DNA from: Centroscyllium fabricii
Lineage: Eukaryota
Assembly (NCBI GenBank): GCA_051313645.2
Contig: JBNRSN020000010.1
Coordinates: 76,880,001-76,944,000 of the forward strand
Direction: 5' to 3'
Length of the DNA stretch: 64,000 nucleotides
Shown here: positions 52,929-64,000 of the stretch, in pieces
How the letters are laid out: each line of letters starts with the position of its first letter
Numbering within the stretch: the stretch's first letter is position 1
Translations under genes and position numbers: made by a program
Notes under the pieces: model-generated
Databases searched by the model: none
Told to the model about the DNA's origin: nothing
The model's input: the letters and a program-made list of their open reading frames with translations, nothing else

Positions 52929-53614
52929 TCTGAAACAATGCCATTGTACAGTCAACTCTATTGAAGCAAACCTCTTTACATGGACATCTGTTCCATTTAT
53001 CGTTTTAACATTTTTTTTAAATACAATATATAGTATTTATGCAGTCTTGAACTGCCATCACCCCGCCCCAAGCAGAAAGAAAACTGAAACAATATCAAAT
53101 TGTTCATCCATCTAGTGCAAATAAGTACCAATATCAGATCTCCAGTGCTTTTCTGAATTTCAATACAGTGCAACACATTCAAAGCTTTCATTGGCTCAAT
53201 TTCACACTTCTCATATCTGCACATCTTGTTTATACAGCCTCAAGTGATAAGAAAAAATATTCTGAAAAATGTCTTTTGATTGATGCACAAATAACTGCTG
53301 CATTTAAAGAACTTAATACCGTAGATGTATGTCCATCATTGCAATGGGGAACAACTGACAGCTTGCTTAGCCTTGTGGAGTATCCCAAAATATAATTGTG
53401 CAACTTGTACTAGAGATGATCCAGTGTTGATGTCATTCTTATGTCCTGAACGTTTAGAGTGCATTCTTATTTCAAGACTGCAACTTTGCACCACACAGTT
53501 CTGGAATCCGGAACCAATCTAATTCTGTACAGAAGTGTCATTGGACCCCCTGAAGAAGATAGTCTCCAGTGCAGAGTCAAACCTGGCTAACATAAAGACT
53601 TCTAAAACTTTTTT

Positions 53615-54016
53615 CATGACCTCATGAAGTCCCATTTTAACTACTTTTTGAAGTGGTGTCACTGTTGTAATGTAAGAAATGCGGTAGCCAATTTGGTGTA
53701 CAGCAAGATCCCACAAAGAGCAATGTGATAATAACCAGATAATCTGTTAGTGATGTTGGTTGAGGGATAAATATTGGCCAGGACGCCCCTGCTCTTCTTT
53801 GAAAAAGTGCCCTGGGATCTTTTATGTCCACCTGAGAGGACAGACAGGGCCTCAGTTTAACGTCTCAACCAAAAGATGGCACCTGACTGCAGCACTCCAT
53901 CAGTAGTGCACTGGAGTGTCAGCCCAGATTATGTGCTCAATTACCTGGAGTGGGACTTGAACCCACAAACTACTGACTCAGATGAGAGAGTGCTACCACT
54001 TAGCCACGGCTGACAC
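53615..54016 (-). mobile_element. Deu-domain SINE (SacSINE1-like)
   Basis: Deu core plus B-box reverse complement ggacttgaaccc. Confidence 0.82.
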
Positions 54017-54069
54017 TAAAAAGTGCTTAGTAGATAACCTGACCACTTTTTAAATATACCTGGAGTTAA

Positions 54070-54472
54070 CATAGAAACATAGAAGATAGGAGCAGGAGTA
54101 GGCCATTCGGCCCTTCGAGCCTGCTTCGCCATTCAATGAGATCATGGCTGATCATCCAAACCCAGCACCCCGCCCCTGCCCTCTCCCCACATCCCTCGAT
54201 CCCTATCGAGCCTGCACCGACACACATCCCACCCTATCCCCGTAACCCCACACATTCAATCCCCCTAACACTAAGGGTCAATTTATCATGGCCAATCAAC
54301 CTAACCCGCACATCTTTGGACTGTGGGAGGAAACCGGAGCACCCGGAGGAAACCCACGCATACACGGGGAGAATGTGCAAACTCCACACAGATAGTACCT
54401 AAGGCTGGATTTGAACCCGGGTTTCCAGAGCTGTGAGGCAACAGTGCTAACCACTATGCCACCGTGCTACCC
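54070..54472 (-). mobile_element. Full-length HE1/V-SINE-type SINE
   Basis: Reverse complement of 38304-38706. Confidence 0.9.
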
Positions 54473-55664
54473 TGTTGAGTTGATTTAAATGTTGAGTCTG
54501 AGAGCAGAAACCACAATATAAATACACCATTAAAGTTCCCCTGAAGGACTGGGTGCTGCCGTGGATTAGACACTGACCTTTCATCTCAGATGGGATGAAA
54601 GTCTCCTTTATCTACTGCCTGGAAAGTTCCTGCAGAAATGAGTTCGAGCAATTTGAATCTAGTTCCAGCACAAAACTGATATAAATTGGCAATCTTACAA
54701 AGAGAAGCCATATCATAGCTGGCATGGGAAATGGAAATAAAATTGTATTGTGTAGTGGGAAATTACCTAGTTAGTTTGTGACGGAGACATCTTGTTGGGT
54801 ACAGTCGGGTAAATGTGATGAAAATCTCCTCTATCTAGTGGCTTTAAGGGTCCCATGTGAAATGAGTTTGGGGGAGCTCTTTTTTGCATCTAAGCATAGT
54901 GTTCCCAAACTGTGAGTATTTGATGATGATACCTGCTTCTAAAATAGAAAACACCAACATCGCTCATTTTAATGATCACAAATACCTGTATTCGATAAAG
55001 TCTTGATGACAGAATAGAGCAATCCACTACACCTGTGCAGAGTTAGCTTATCTCAGTGCGGGCAGAAGTTAATGGAACACTTGCCAAGGACCGGATCAGA
55101 CTTGGATGTGGTGCCATTTATGATTGAATCATCTGTTGGTAGCTTACACTTGAAGAGCGATCACAGACAAGGTACCAGAGAGTTGCTGCTGTCGGTGAAA
55201 GTGTACTCCAGCACCTTCTGAAAATGGAGTTCGGAAAAGACTGCTATTATTGAATTCTGAAACTCAACACTCAATCTGTTTGCTTCTCTACCTGCTTTGA
55301 ACTGAAACCTTTACAGTGGTGGGCATGGGCAGCGCACATAATGTGCACTTTTAATGCACAGCACTCACCATAAAACTATTCCTGGGCAGATTGTTCCTGA
55401 TTATTATTAGTAAAAATCATGTTCTATAGTCCAACGCTGTCACATAGTGACCACAATATGATATTTTTTAAGATCAGACCACAAAGGGAACAATTCAGCA
55501 CAAAAACTAGAACACTGTTCTGGATTAGGGCAGATTTTAGGAAGATGCTAGCTGAGGTAAAGATAAATTGGCACACAGGACTATAGAACAAGATAAAAAA
55601 AAGAGATTGCAAAGGTACAGAATAGTATATACCATTAAAAAGTATGCAAACTACTAGTAGTTTT

Positions 55665-57020
55665 GGAATAACAACAGAAAATGCTGGGAGCACTCAAGAG
55701 GTCAGGCAGCATCTGTGGAGAGAGGAACAGAGTTAACGGTGGGGGGGGGGAATTTTGCCAGAAGGGCGGGAATTGGTCTGGGCGGCTTCCGGTCCCGCCC
55801 GCCCAAACAGCTGGGAAGGCCACGCAATTCTAGTTTAATTAGGTTGTTAAATCCCCGTTGGTGGCAGCGGGAGGTAATTAGGTCAATCGAGTCGGGCTGC
55901 AGCGGGGCTGCGAGCAGTTTGATTGACAGTTCCAGCACTGGTTGTTGTCAGTTTCCATGGAAACACTCCACTGTGACATCACAGTGGAGTGGAGCCAATG
56001 GGAAAGGCCAAGTGCTGGTGACTGACAGGTGGGCGGGCAGGCTCAGAATCCCTCACAGCTCGCAGTGGCTGTGAGGAAATGTTCAGAGCTCCGATTGCTC
56101 AGTTTCTGCTCAGAGCTGCTGCTGCAGCCAGAACAGTGTTACTTACTCCTCTAAGGTGCTGGAGGCATGCCAAGCATTTGGCAGCATGTCCTTCACACCT
56201 TGAAGGAGGAAGTAATAAATGCAAGAAATCACACAACAGCAGGTTATAGTCCAACAGTGATGACCAGCGCTGTGCTAGGGTGGCGGAGTTAGGGCGGGAA
56301 ACACAGCAAAATGGCTGAGGGCCCTTAAAATGGCATTAAAGATGCCAATTAAGGGCCCTTAACGAGGTGACAACCCATCCCCGCTGGTCGGCGGCAGGAA
56401 GGTTTCGGGGTGGGTAATCTGGGTGGGCAAAAATGAGAAAGCAGCGGGGATACGACGGGACCTGCCGGTTCCGCTATTTTGCCGGCTGGGCCGCCCAAAA
56501 ACCCGTCTCACGGGGACATAAAAATCTCCCCCAATGTTTCAGGTCTGAAATGGAAAGGTCTGAACTTTGTCAGAACTGGAAAAAATTAGAGATGTAACAG
56601 ATTTTAAGCAGGTGCAGAGGCAGAGAAAGGGGGGGCGGAAAGAACAAATGGGTGATAGGGTTGAAGGCAGGAGTGGTTAAATGTTGCAAATGGGGATGGC
56701 AGAATCATCAACAGCATCCGCCCGCAAAAATAGGGGCAGAGGTTATGGTCTGAAATTGTTGAACTCAATGTTGTGTCCAGAAGACTGTAAAGTGCCGAAT
56801 CGAAAGATGAGGTGCTGTTCCTCGAGCTTACATTGAGCTTCATTGAACAGTGTAAGAGACTAAAGACAGAGAGGTCAGAGTGGGAGTGGAGCGGAGAATT
56901 AAAGTGACAGGAAGCTTGGGGTCACCCTTACGGATGGAATGGAGATGTTCCACAAAGCGGTCACCCAATCTGCATTTGGTCTCCCCAATGTAAAGGAGAC
57001 CACATCGTGAGCAGCAAATA
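55665..57020 (-). mobile_element. Penelope-like element 3' remnant (GIY-YIG C-terminus plus pseudo-LTR), interrupted by family A copy 4
   Basis: aacagaaaatgctgg...agttaac[insert]gtttcaggtc; 56750-57020 is homologous to 62399-62632. Confidence 0.75.
55738..56532 (-). mobile_element. Family A element, copy 4
   Basis: Reverse complement of 10913-11740; flanks aac/aat. Confidence 0.87.
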
Positions 57021-58440
57021 CAGTAGTTTTAGAATACTATTAGTCAATAGAGATTAGAAATCAATTAAAATTGAAGAAGAGAGCCTATGAGGATTATAAA
57101 TAATGAAAACAATTATGAGAAAATAAGAGGTTAAGGGCAGGACAAGGAATGCTAAGGGAGAGTATGAGGAAACATTTTTTAAAAATGAAGAAAAACAATC
57201 AAGTATTTCACACGTCTGTTATTTAAAAGAGAAATGGATCCTCTGAGGCGAGGATTGTCAATTTGCAGATCAGAAAATGACAGGGGTATTTAATACGTAC
57301 GTTGTATCAGCTTTTACTAAAGAGATGGATATCGGAAAGGACGGGAATCTGTAAGTGCTCGAGAGTGAGGTGAGCGTTAGAATGAATAAAAAGGATTTTT
57401 TTTTAGCTAAGTTAGCCAAGCTAAAGGAAGAAAAAGTGCCTCGAATCCTGATGGAGATGTGGGAGGAAATTGTAGAGGCCCCAGAAATTATATTTCAAGG
57501 CTCTGTTGAATGCCAGTGTGTGCCAGAGAACTGGAGAGTGGCAAATGCAGTACCCATTTTTTTTAAATGAGACAGAGCTAATCAGGGTAATTACAGGCCA
57601 GTTAACATCTGTGGTAGAGAATATTTTACAGTCTTTAATTAAGGATGAAATTACCACCCATCAAGATAAAGAAAAACTAGTTAAATGTAGCCAGCATGAA
57701 TTTCAAACCATTCTTTGAGGAAGTAACAGATATCACAGATGGGGGAAATGCAGTGGATATAGCGTACATGGACTTTAGAAAAGCCTTCGACAAGGTACCA
57801 CCAGGAAGTTCATCAGAAAAGATTAAGGAGTATGGAATGTGGAGGCGGATAGCAAACTGGATTAAAAAGTAAGAAGATTAAAGGGTGATATTTCAGTGGT
57901 TGGAGGAGGGTAGTAATGTCACACAGGGTTCAGTTCTGGGGCCACTTCTGCTAACCAGGTATATCAATGATTTGGATATAGGGCTACTCTACTGTATGCA
58001 TTTTGCATGTAATTTATTTATTTTATTTGCACTACTCTCGGGAGAGTCGAGTCTTCGTCTCGTTGTATTGTACTAGTACTCTGCAATGACAATAAAACTT
58101 GAATTGAATTGAGAGTAGTGTTGAAATCCGCAGATCATACCAAAATAGGAAGTATAGCACATTCTTTAGAAAATCAAAAGAAATTGCAATGAGGTATTGA
58201 TAAAATGGGGGAAATTAGCTAAAAAATAGCAGGTGGAATTCAGTGTCATTAAGTGTGAGCTGATGCATTTTGGTAATAAAAACAGCAGTAATTTTACTGT
58301 TAATGGAAATAGGCTCAATGCCGTGGAAAAGCAGGAGGGTACAGGATCTTAGGACATTAAAAGCAGCACCTCAGGTTGATAAGCTAATGGGATTCTGGAG
58401 GTATGAAATATAAAGGCCAAGAAGTAAAGATAAGTACATA

Positions 58441-59109
58441 GGGCCGTATTTTGCGGCCCCTACGGGTGCGCATGGGCCTGTAAGCGCCTCGCAAGTTCCA
58501 GGTTTAGCCATGCGCTAAAACCCAGAACTTGCGATCTATCAAGAACTTTGACTGGTCCTCTGCATCCCTGCAAAAAAGGGCATCCGCGGGCGGAGAATTG
58601 AGCTATCCTGCCCTGCGAATGCCCGTGAAATTCTTACGTGCAAGTTTTTAAAAAAAGAAAAAGAAAAGTATCAATAATTTATACATTTTAAAAGTTTATT
58701 TTTATCCCCTTTAAAGCATGTAAATTTGTTTTTCAAAAAATGTAATTTTAGTTTTAAATATTTAATTAAATGCCATTTTAATTCATTTTAAATGTGATTT
58801 TTAAAATTTTGTTTATTTAAAGTGTAGAGATATTTTTGGGGGTATTCCCATTCATACTTATGGGGATTCCTGAATCTCCATAAGAATGAATGGGGATCCC
58901 CTTCTGTCATTCGTTGGGCTGGCCCACGTGATCCCAGGGGTGCCTGCCAACTGCATGCACCCAAGATACATGGGCCTCTACGCATGTCTACGCATAGAGG
59001 CCCAGGAGCGCAAGTCTCCGTGGATTCCAAGGCAGAAGGTAAGTTCGTAGATTTTTTGCTGGTTGGAGGCATCCACCTGCGGGAAGCCTCCGACTTCAAA
59101 TTCAGGCCA
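58441..59109. mobile_element. Harbinger-like MITE in CR1
   Basis: GGGCCGTATTTTG ... CAAATTCAGGCC(A); ATA duplication restores the host tacaTAtaaaacc. Confidence 0.65.
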
Positions 59110-59129
59110 ATAAAACCTTAATAAGACTT

Positions 59130-60083
59130 CATAAGACATAAGAGTAGGAAGAGGTCATTTGGCCCCTTGAACCTGCTCCACCATTCAATAAGATCATGGC
59201 TGATCGGATCTTGGCCTCAACTCCACTTCCCTGCCCGCTCCCCACAACCCCCGACTCCCTTATCGTTCAAAAATCTGTCTATCTCCGCCTTAAATATATT
59301 CAATGGTCCAGCCTCCACAGCTCTCTGGGGAAGATAATTCCAAAGATTCACGACCCTCTGAGAGAAGAAATTCCTCCTCATTTCCGATTTAAAATGGTGC
59401 CCCCTTATTCTGAAATTATGCGCCCTCGTTCTTGATTCCCCCTCGAGGGGAAACATCTTCTCTGCATTTACCCGGTCAAGAATCTTATATGTTTCAATAA
59501 GATCCCCTCTCATTCTTCTAAACTCCAATGAGTATAGGCCCACCCTTTCTTCACAAGATAACCCTTTCATCTCCAGAATCAACCTCATAGAAATTTCTCT
59601 GAACTGCCTCCAATGCAAGTACAGGAAACTCTTTGATATCCGGCACCGACGTGTTGCCGGTTTATCAACATTTCCGGATAACTGAGAGGGTTATCTACTG
59701 AGGCTATTTTTAACAAAGAAAATGTTTTAAAAATCAAGAAATGTGCAGTATACAGTAATTGAGTACTCACCTACAGAATGTTGTGTTAAATGGATGTGGA
59801 TTGTGGCGGTTTGGAGAACTCCCTCCACTGATTAACTCAGCCACCACAGGAGACTCGGACTCGGCAACATTGCCGGTTATTGAGGTATTGTTTTCAGATG
59901 AGAATTTTGCCGGTTAATAGAGAATTCCGGATATTTAGGTGCCAGTTAAACAAGAGTTTCCTGTACATTCTTCCTTAAATAAGGAGACCAAAAATGTACG
60001 CAGTACTCCAGGTGTGGTCTCACCAATGCCCTGTACAGTTGTAACAGGACTTCCCTACTTTTATACTCCATTCCCTTTGCAAT
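59130..60083 (-). mobile_element. 5'-truncated CR1 nested antisense in the older CR1
   Basis: ORF 59217..59618 (RRMRGDLIETYKI, RNFFSQRVVNLWN) resumes after the MITE at 59964. Confidence 0.88.
59622..59963. mobile_element. Tc1/mariner-Tigger-like MITE
   Basis: TA|CAGGAAACTCTT ... AAGAGTTTCCTG|TA; removal restores CR1 gcaagTAcattcttcc. Confidence 0.85.
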
Positions 60084-60230
60084 AGGAATGGAGTATAAGA
60101 GTATAAAATTAACCAGTTAAGAGTAGTGTGTGCAGTATTGGGCACCACACTTTAAGAGGAATTTTGAGGCTTGAGGGAGGATACAATACAGATACACGAG
60201 GATGCTGCCTGGTATGACAAAATGCAAATA

Positions 60231-60838
60231 CAGGTTGAGCACCGTTAATCCAACACAGGCCCGTGCCGGGAAAGTGAAAATCCCGAACGATTGAAGCTTC
60301 GGCGAACGCATGCGCAGACCATTCAAAATGGCCACCGCGAAAGGCCAGTGGCCATTTTGAGTGGTCTGCACATGCGCTTATCGTTCGGTAAGGCCCAGCC
60401 CGGCAAGGCGAGGCAAGGCCCGGCTCGGTAAGACGAGGCCCGGGAAGCCCCGGCCCGGCAAGGCTCGGCCCGGCTCGAGAAGCCCCAGCCCGGCTCGGGA
60501 AGGCAAGACGAGGCCCGGCTCGGGAAGCCCCGGCCCGGCTCAGGAAGGCTCGGTAAGGCAAAGCGAAGCGAGGCCCGGCTCGGGAAGCCCCAGCCCGGCT
60601 CGGGAAGGCCCGGCCCAGGATCGTTCGGCAGCGCATGCGCAGATCATTAAAAACTTTGCGGCGGCCATTGTGAATGATCTGCACATGCGCTCGCCGTTCG
60701 GCAGCGCATGCACAGATCATTCACTGAAGCATCAATCGCGGCGGCCATTTTGCACATGCGCAGGGCAGTTGGGGCAATTTGTTCCGGAAGACTGAAGTTG
60801 CCGGCTTATCGGGTAACGGATTAACGGTGCACAACCTG
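60231..60838. mobile_element. Tigger/pogo-like MITE with GCGCATGCGC array and GC-rich minisatellite
   Basis: TA|CAGGTTGAGCACCGTTAATCC ... GGATTAACGGTGCACAACCTG|TA; removal restores the CR1 frame. Confidence 0.88.
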
Positions 60839-61804
60839 TACAAAGAAAGACTTGAAAAATTGGTGGGTTTTTTCCATTAGCAGAATGCAGATTACAGGGT
60901 GAGATGATAGGATGGTAGCTGGAACGCTTTCCAGTAGTTCAGGGTCAAGAACAACGGCTATAGACACACGATTAAATGCAAGAAATTTAGAACAGAAAGC
61001 AGGAGCAATTTCTTTACAGGGACAGTTTTGAGGATGTGGAATTCACTTCCAGGGTTTGTGGTTGAGGCAGAAACTATATGAACATTCGAGATTAGATTTG
61101 ATGGATGGATACAGGAAAAAGGGTTGAAGGGACACGAGAACAGGGGGGCTAAATGTGATTGGATCTATTTTCTCACATGGAGTGTTACCATTGGCACTGA
61201 TTTGTTGGGCTGACTGTCATGTTTCCATGTTCTAAGTTCTATGTATTTCGATGTTAATCTTTCAGATTTTAAAAATAGCTAAAGTTTAAAAAAAGGGAAT
61301 GATTTCTCAAAATGTTGCTTTCATCTGTGAATATTACACATGAATCAATATATAGTATTCGACTTTAACATGCAATTTCTTCCAAGATGTAGTGCAATTT
61401 TTTTTAATCAGCCAGTTCAAATAACATTTTCTGCTTTGATAAAATCCTGCTTTACATTCTTTGAGTATATTATTAAGTATACTGACTGATGCGCTTATTC
61501 CAGTGAACTATCTGCACTTTACATTCCGCTTTGAAGCAAGGATATCTTCGCTGGTGGACCTGATAACAGTACCCTTTTCTGATTCGGTCAACAACTTGCT
61601 GTTGAGCTTCAGAAGTACCTGTACTTGCTAACACAAACCCCAATTGAAAAAGTATTACTTCAGCATCACACAAAAGGTGTCCAGAGGTGTACTAAACCAT
61701 TGACATCAGAGCTTGTTGTATATCAAAAATGTATTCATTCCAACTCTATGACCTGTTCAAAAAGAGACATTTAACCAATCTAATCTAAAACATTAGACGA
61801 TAAC

Positions 61805-62632
61805 AAAATACCACAAATGCTGGAAATCCAAAACAACAACAGAAAATGCTGGAAAAACTGAGCAGTTCAGGCAGCATCGGTGGAGAGAAACACAGAGTCA
61901 ACGTTTCAGGTAGTTCCCTTTATCGCGACTGATGAAACAGCCGAGGAGGATAGCAGAGGGCTGAGAGAACACAAAGGGACGAGAAGAGACAATGAGAGTT
62001 ATTCAGAACGAGACGAGGTGCAATAGGACAGAAGACAGCTAAAGATTAGGTGTGAAATACACTGGCTGAATAGGAGACAGCTGCCGTGTGGGAAAGAGAA
62101 AAAAGGGAGGGGCGGGGGAGGGCCGAGGCAAAGATGTGCGGGGTAGGTTGATTGGCCAGGATAAATTGACCCTTAGTGTTAGGGGTTTTGAATATGTGGG
62201 GTTACGGGGATAGGGTGGGATATGTGTTGATGGAGGCTCGATAGGGATATGGGGAGAGGGCAGGGGCGGGCTGCTGGGTTTGGATGATCAGCCATGATCT
62301 CATTGAATGGCGGAGCAGGCTCGAAGGGCCGAATGGCCTACTCCTGCTCCTAGTTTCTATGTTTCTATAATGTAAAAAAAACTTTAAAATGTTAAGGGTT
62401 ATGATCTGAAATTGTTGAACTCGATATTGAGTCCGGAAGGCTGTAAAGTGCCTAATCGGAAGATGAGGTGCTGTTCCTGGAGCTTACGCTGAGCTTCGGT
62501 GGAACAATGTAATAGTCCAAGGACAGAGAGATCAGAGTGGGTGTGAAGCGGAGAATTGAAGTGACAGGCGACCGGAAGCGCAGGATCACCCTTGCGGACT
62601 GAACGGAGGTGTTCTGCAAAGCGGTCACCCAA
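61805..62632 (-). mobile_element. Penelope-like element 3' remnant with GIY-YIG endonuclease C-terminus
   Basis: ORF 62399..62632 DRFAEHLRSV...PVACHFN...RKLQEQHLIFRLGTLQPSGLN. Confidence 0.85.
62131..62368 (+). mobile_element. 5'-truncated HE1/V-SINE inserted in the Penelope remnant
   Basis: Matches the 3' half of 38304-38706. Confidence 0.82.
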
Positions 62633-63537
62633 TTAGCTTGTTGGATTAAGCATAATTCACATCTGGTTACTGACTGCAAAAACTACAAATCAGTCATTTC
62701 TTTTCACTTCCTTTTTTGGAATTTTTAGACCCTCACTATCCCATGATATTTCCAAGTTGAAATGTAGGTGAGCCATCTCATGGCCCAGTGTTAAACGTAT
62801 CATGAAATGTCATCTTGATATGCACAAATCATGACCATCCCAGATTTAATCTGTGGCTTGTGCTAGGTTCACTGATTTCAGCAGAGGCAATGATGGTGAG
62901 TGGGAGGGTTCCCACTCTTTCTATCCACTTGACTATGCTGGAAATGAAGTTATGTCTGGAAGAGAGGTTATTGGGTGATGACACATCAGGCTGGATTATA
63001 ACACCTGGATACCACCAAGGTTCACATACAAAGAATGGCCATTTGGCAACGCACCAAAAAGTTACTGGAACAGTACGGCATCAGGACACGAATTGAGAAA
63101 GGGGATTAAATCGGAAAGACAAATTTGTTCATAATGGTAAACCATAGGCCACAAAAAAACAACAGTTCATCTGAAGCCCTAAATGTACAAGAAACTAGTT
63201 TATTTAAAAAATACTACAAAATGCAATTCATAAGGAAGTCAGTAGATCAATAAAAATAGGTTATGATAATGTATTAGTGATTTAATTTAGCTAATTATGT
63301 ACATAAACTGGCTACAGAAAGTGCAGACTTTGTAAATCAACTATTGTATTGACAGAAAATGCTTTGCATATATTACAGAGTAAAAGCACAGCAAAAATTC
63401 TTGGGTTCACTGTCCTTGACAAGTAAGTTTCAACCAGAATTCACTTCTGCAATATGGGCCCTAGCCAGGCAATACCCTATACATTGTATGGCTAAAACTC
63501 CAATTCTGATCCTTTCTCAATAGATAAGGAGTGATGG

Positions 63538-63945
63538 GATGGGAACTGAGTGGCGCAGTGGGTTAGATACGGGTCTCTCACCTCCGGAACTAGGTTCAAG
63601 TCCAACCCCGGCTGATTGGTTGAACGTCTGTCTCCTCTGTGTATTGGTGATATGAAATTAATTTGGGCATTCTCAACCCAGTTCTTTGTGTGCATGGGCC
63701 TGCGACACAACACTGCCCCTAACTGGCAATGTTTACTGAGACAGGCCTAAAGGTAATTGATGTGGGAAATGGAGAAAATATGACAATGGTGCAATAAAGG
63801 GTGTCTTACTGAGACTAGGTCCAAAGCACATTATTGGGACTTTGGTCTGCATCTAGTTTGTTACAACTTGATCTGGAAATGCTTGGTGCCAACACTGGGC
63901 AACTGAAATAGGCACTAACATCCCTTACTTTGATGAGCACAAAAA
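63538..63945 (+). mobile_element. Ancient tRNA-derived SINE (LF-SINE-like)
   Basis: A box tggcgcagtgg, B box ggttcaagtcc, A-rich tail after tgatgagcac; similar remnant at ~54545-54980. Confidence 0.5.
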
Positions 63946-64000
63946 AAATTCTTTAAAAAAATGTAATGGATACATTTTCATCATTTCCATCTCTCCTGCT

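Larger units (their letters stand above)
57040..61250 (+). mobile_element. Old degraded CR1 LINE hosting several nested insertions
   Basis: VPENWRVAN, aattacaggccagtt, gactttagaaaagccttcgacaaggtacc, QGSVLGPLL; 3' end near 61000-61250. Confidence 0.8.

Noticed and set aside
60109-60795. Long Arg/Ala/Gly/Pro-rich ORFs on both strands
   Set aside because: Stop-free frames produced by the GC-rich minisatellite inside a MITE.
61473-61673. Plausible-looking short minus-strand ORF as a CDIN1 exon
   Set aside because: No similarity to the CDIN1 N-terminus and no convincing splice-site pair.

Overview
Eukaryotic (vertebrate) genomic DNA, almost certainly from a cartilaginous fish: it carries HE1/V-SINE-type and Deu-domain (SacSINE1-like) SINEs, CR1/L2 LINEs and Penelope fragments. 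The only host gene is CDIN1 (C15orf41) on the minus strand. Six small internal coding exons (61, 73, 80, 50, 68 and 66 bp) have canonical GT-AG sites and matching phases, and splice into one open frame homologous to human residues ~72-203; the other exons were not found in the window. The rest is intronic. It includes a decayed but structurally complete CsRn1-clade Gypsy element (ATGT target duplication, tRNA-Trp PBS) whose two LTRs were each hit by a different non-autonomous DNA transposon, nested CR1 stacks, and many PIF/Harbinger-like and Tigger-like MITEs. Non-repeat oddities: six irregular N-blocks in TE-free, homeodomain-motif-rich DNA (probably masked conserved elements of the MEIS2 regulatory block), a perfect 92-bp inverted repeat around 1 kb of unique DNA, and a MITE family carrying an intact cassette-exon-like unit. 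I found no convincing new multi-gene system; most ORFs in the track are TE-derived or spurious. Family assignments are from recalled consensus sequences, not database searches.
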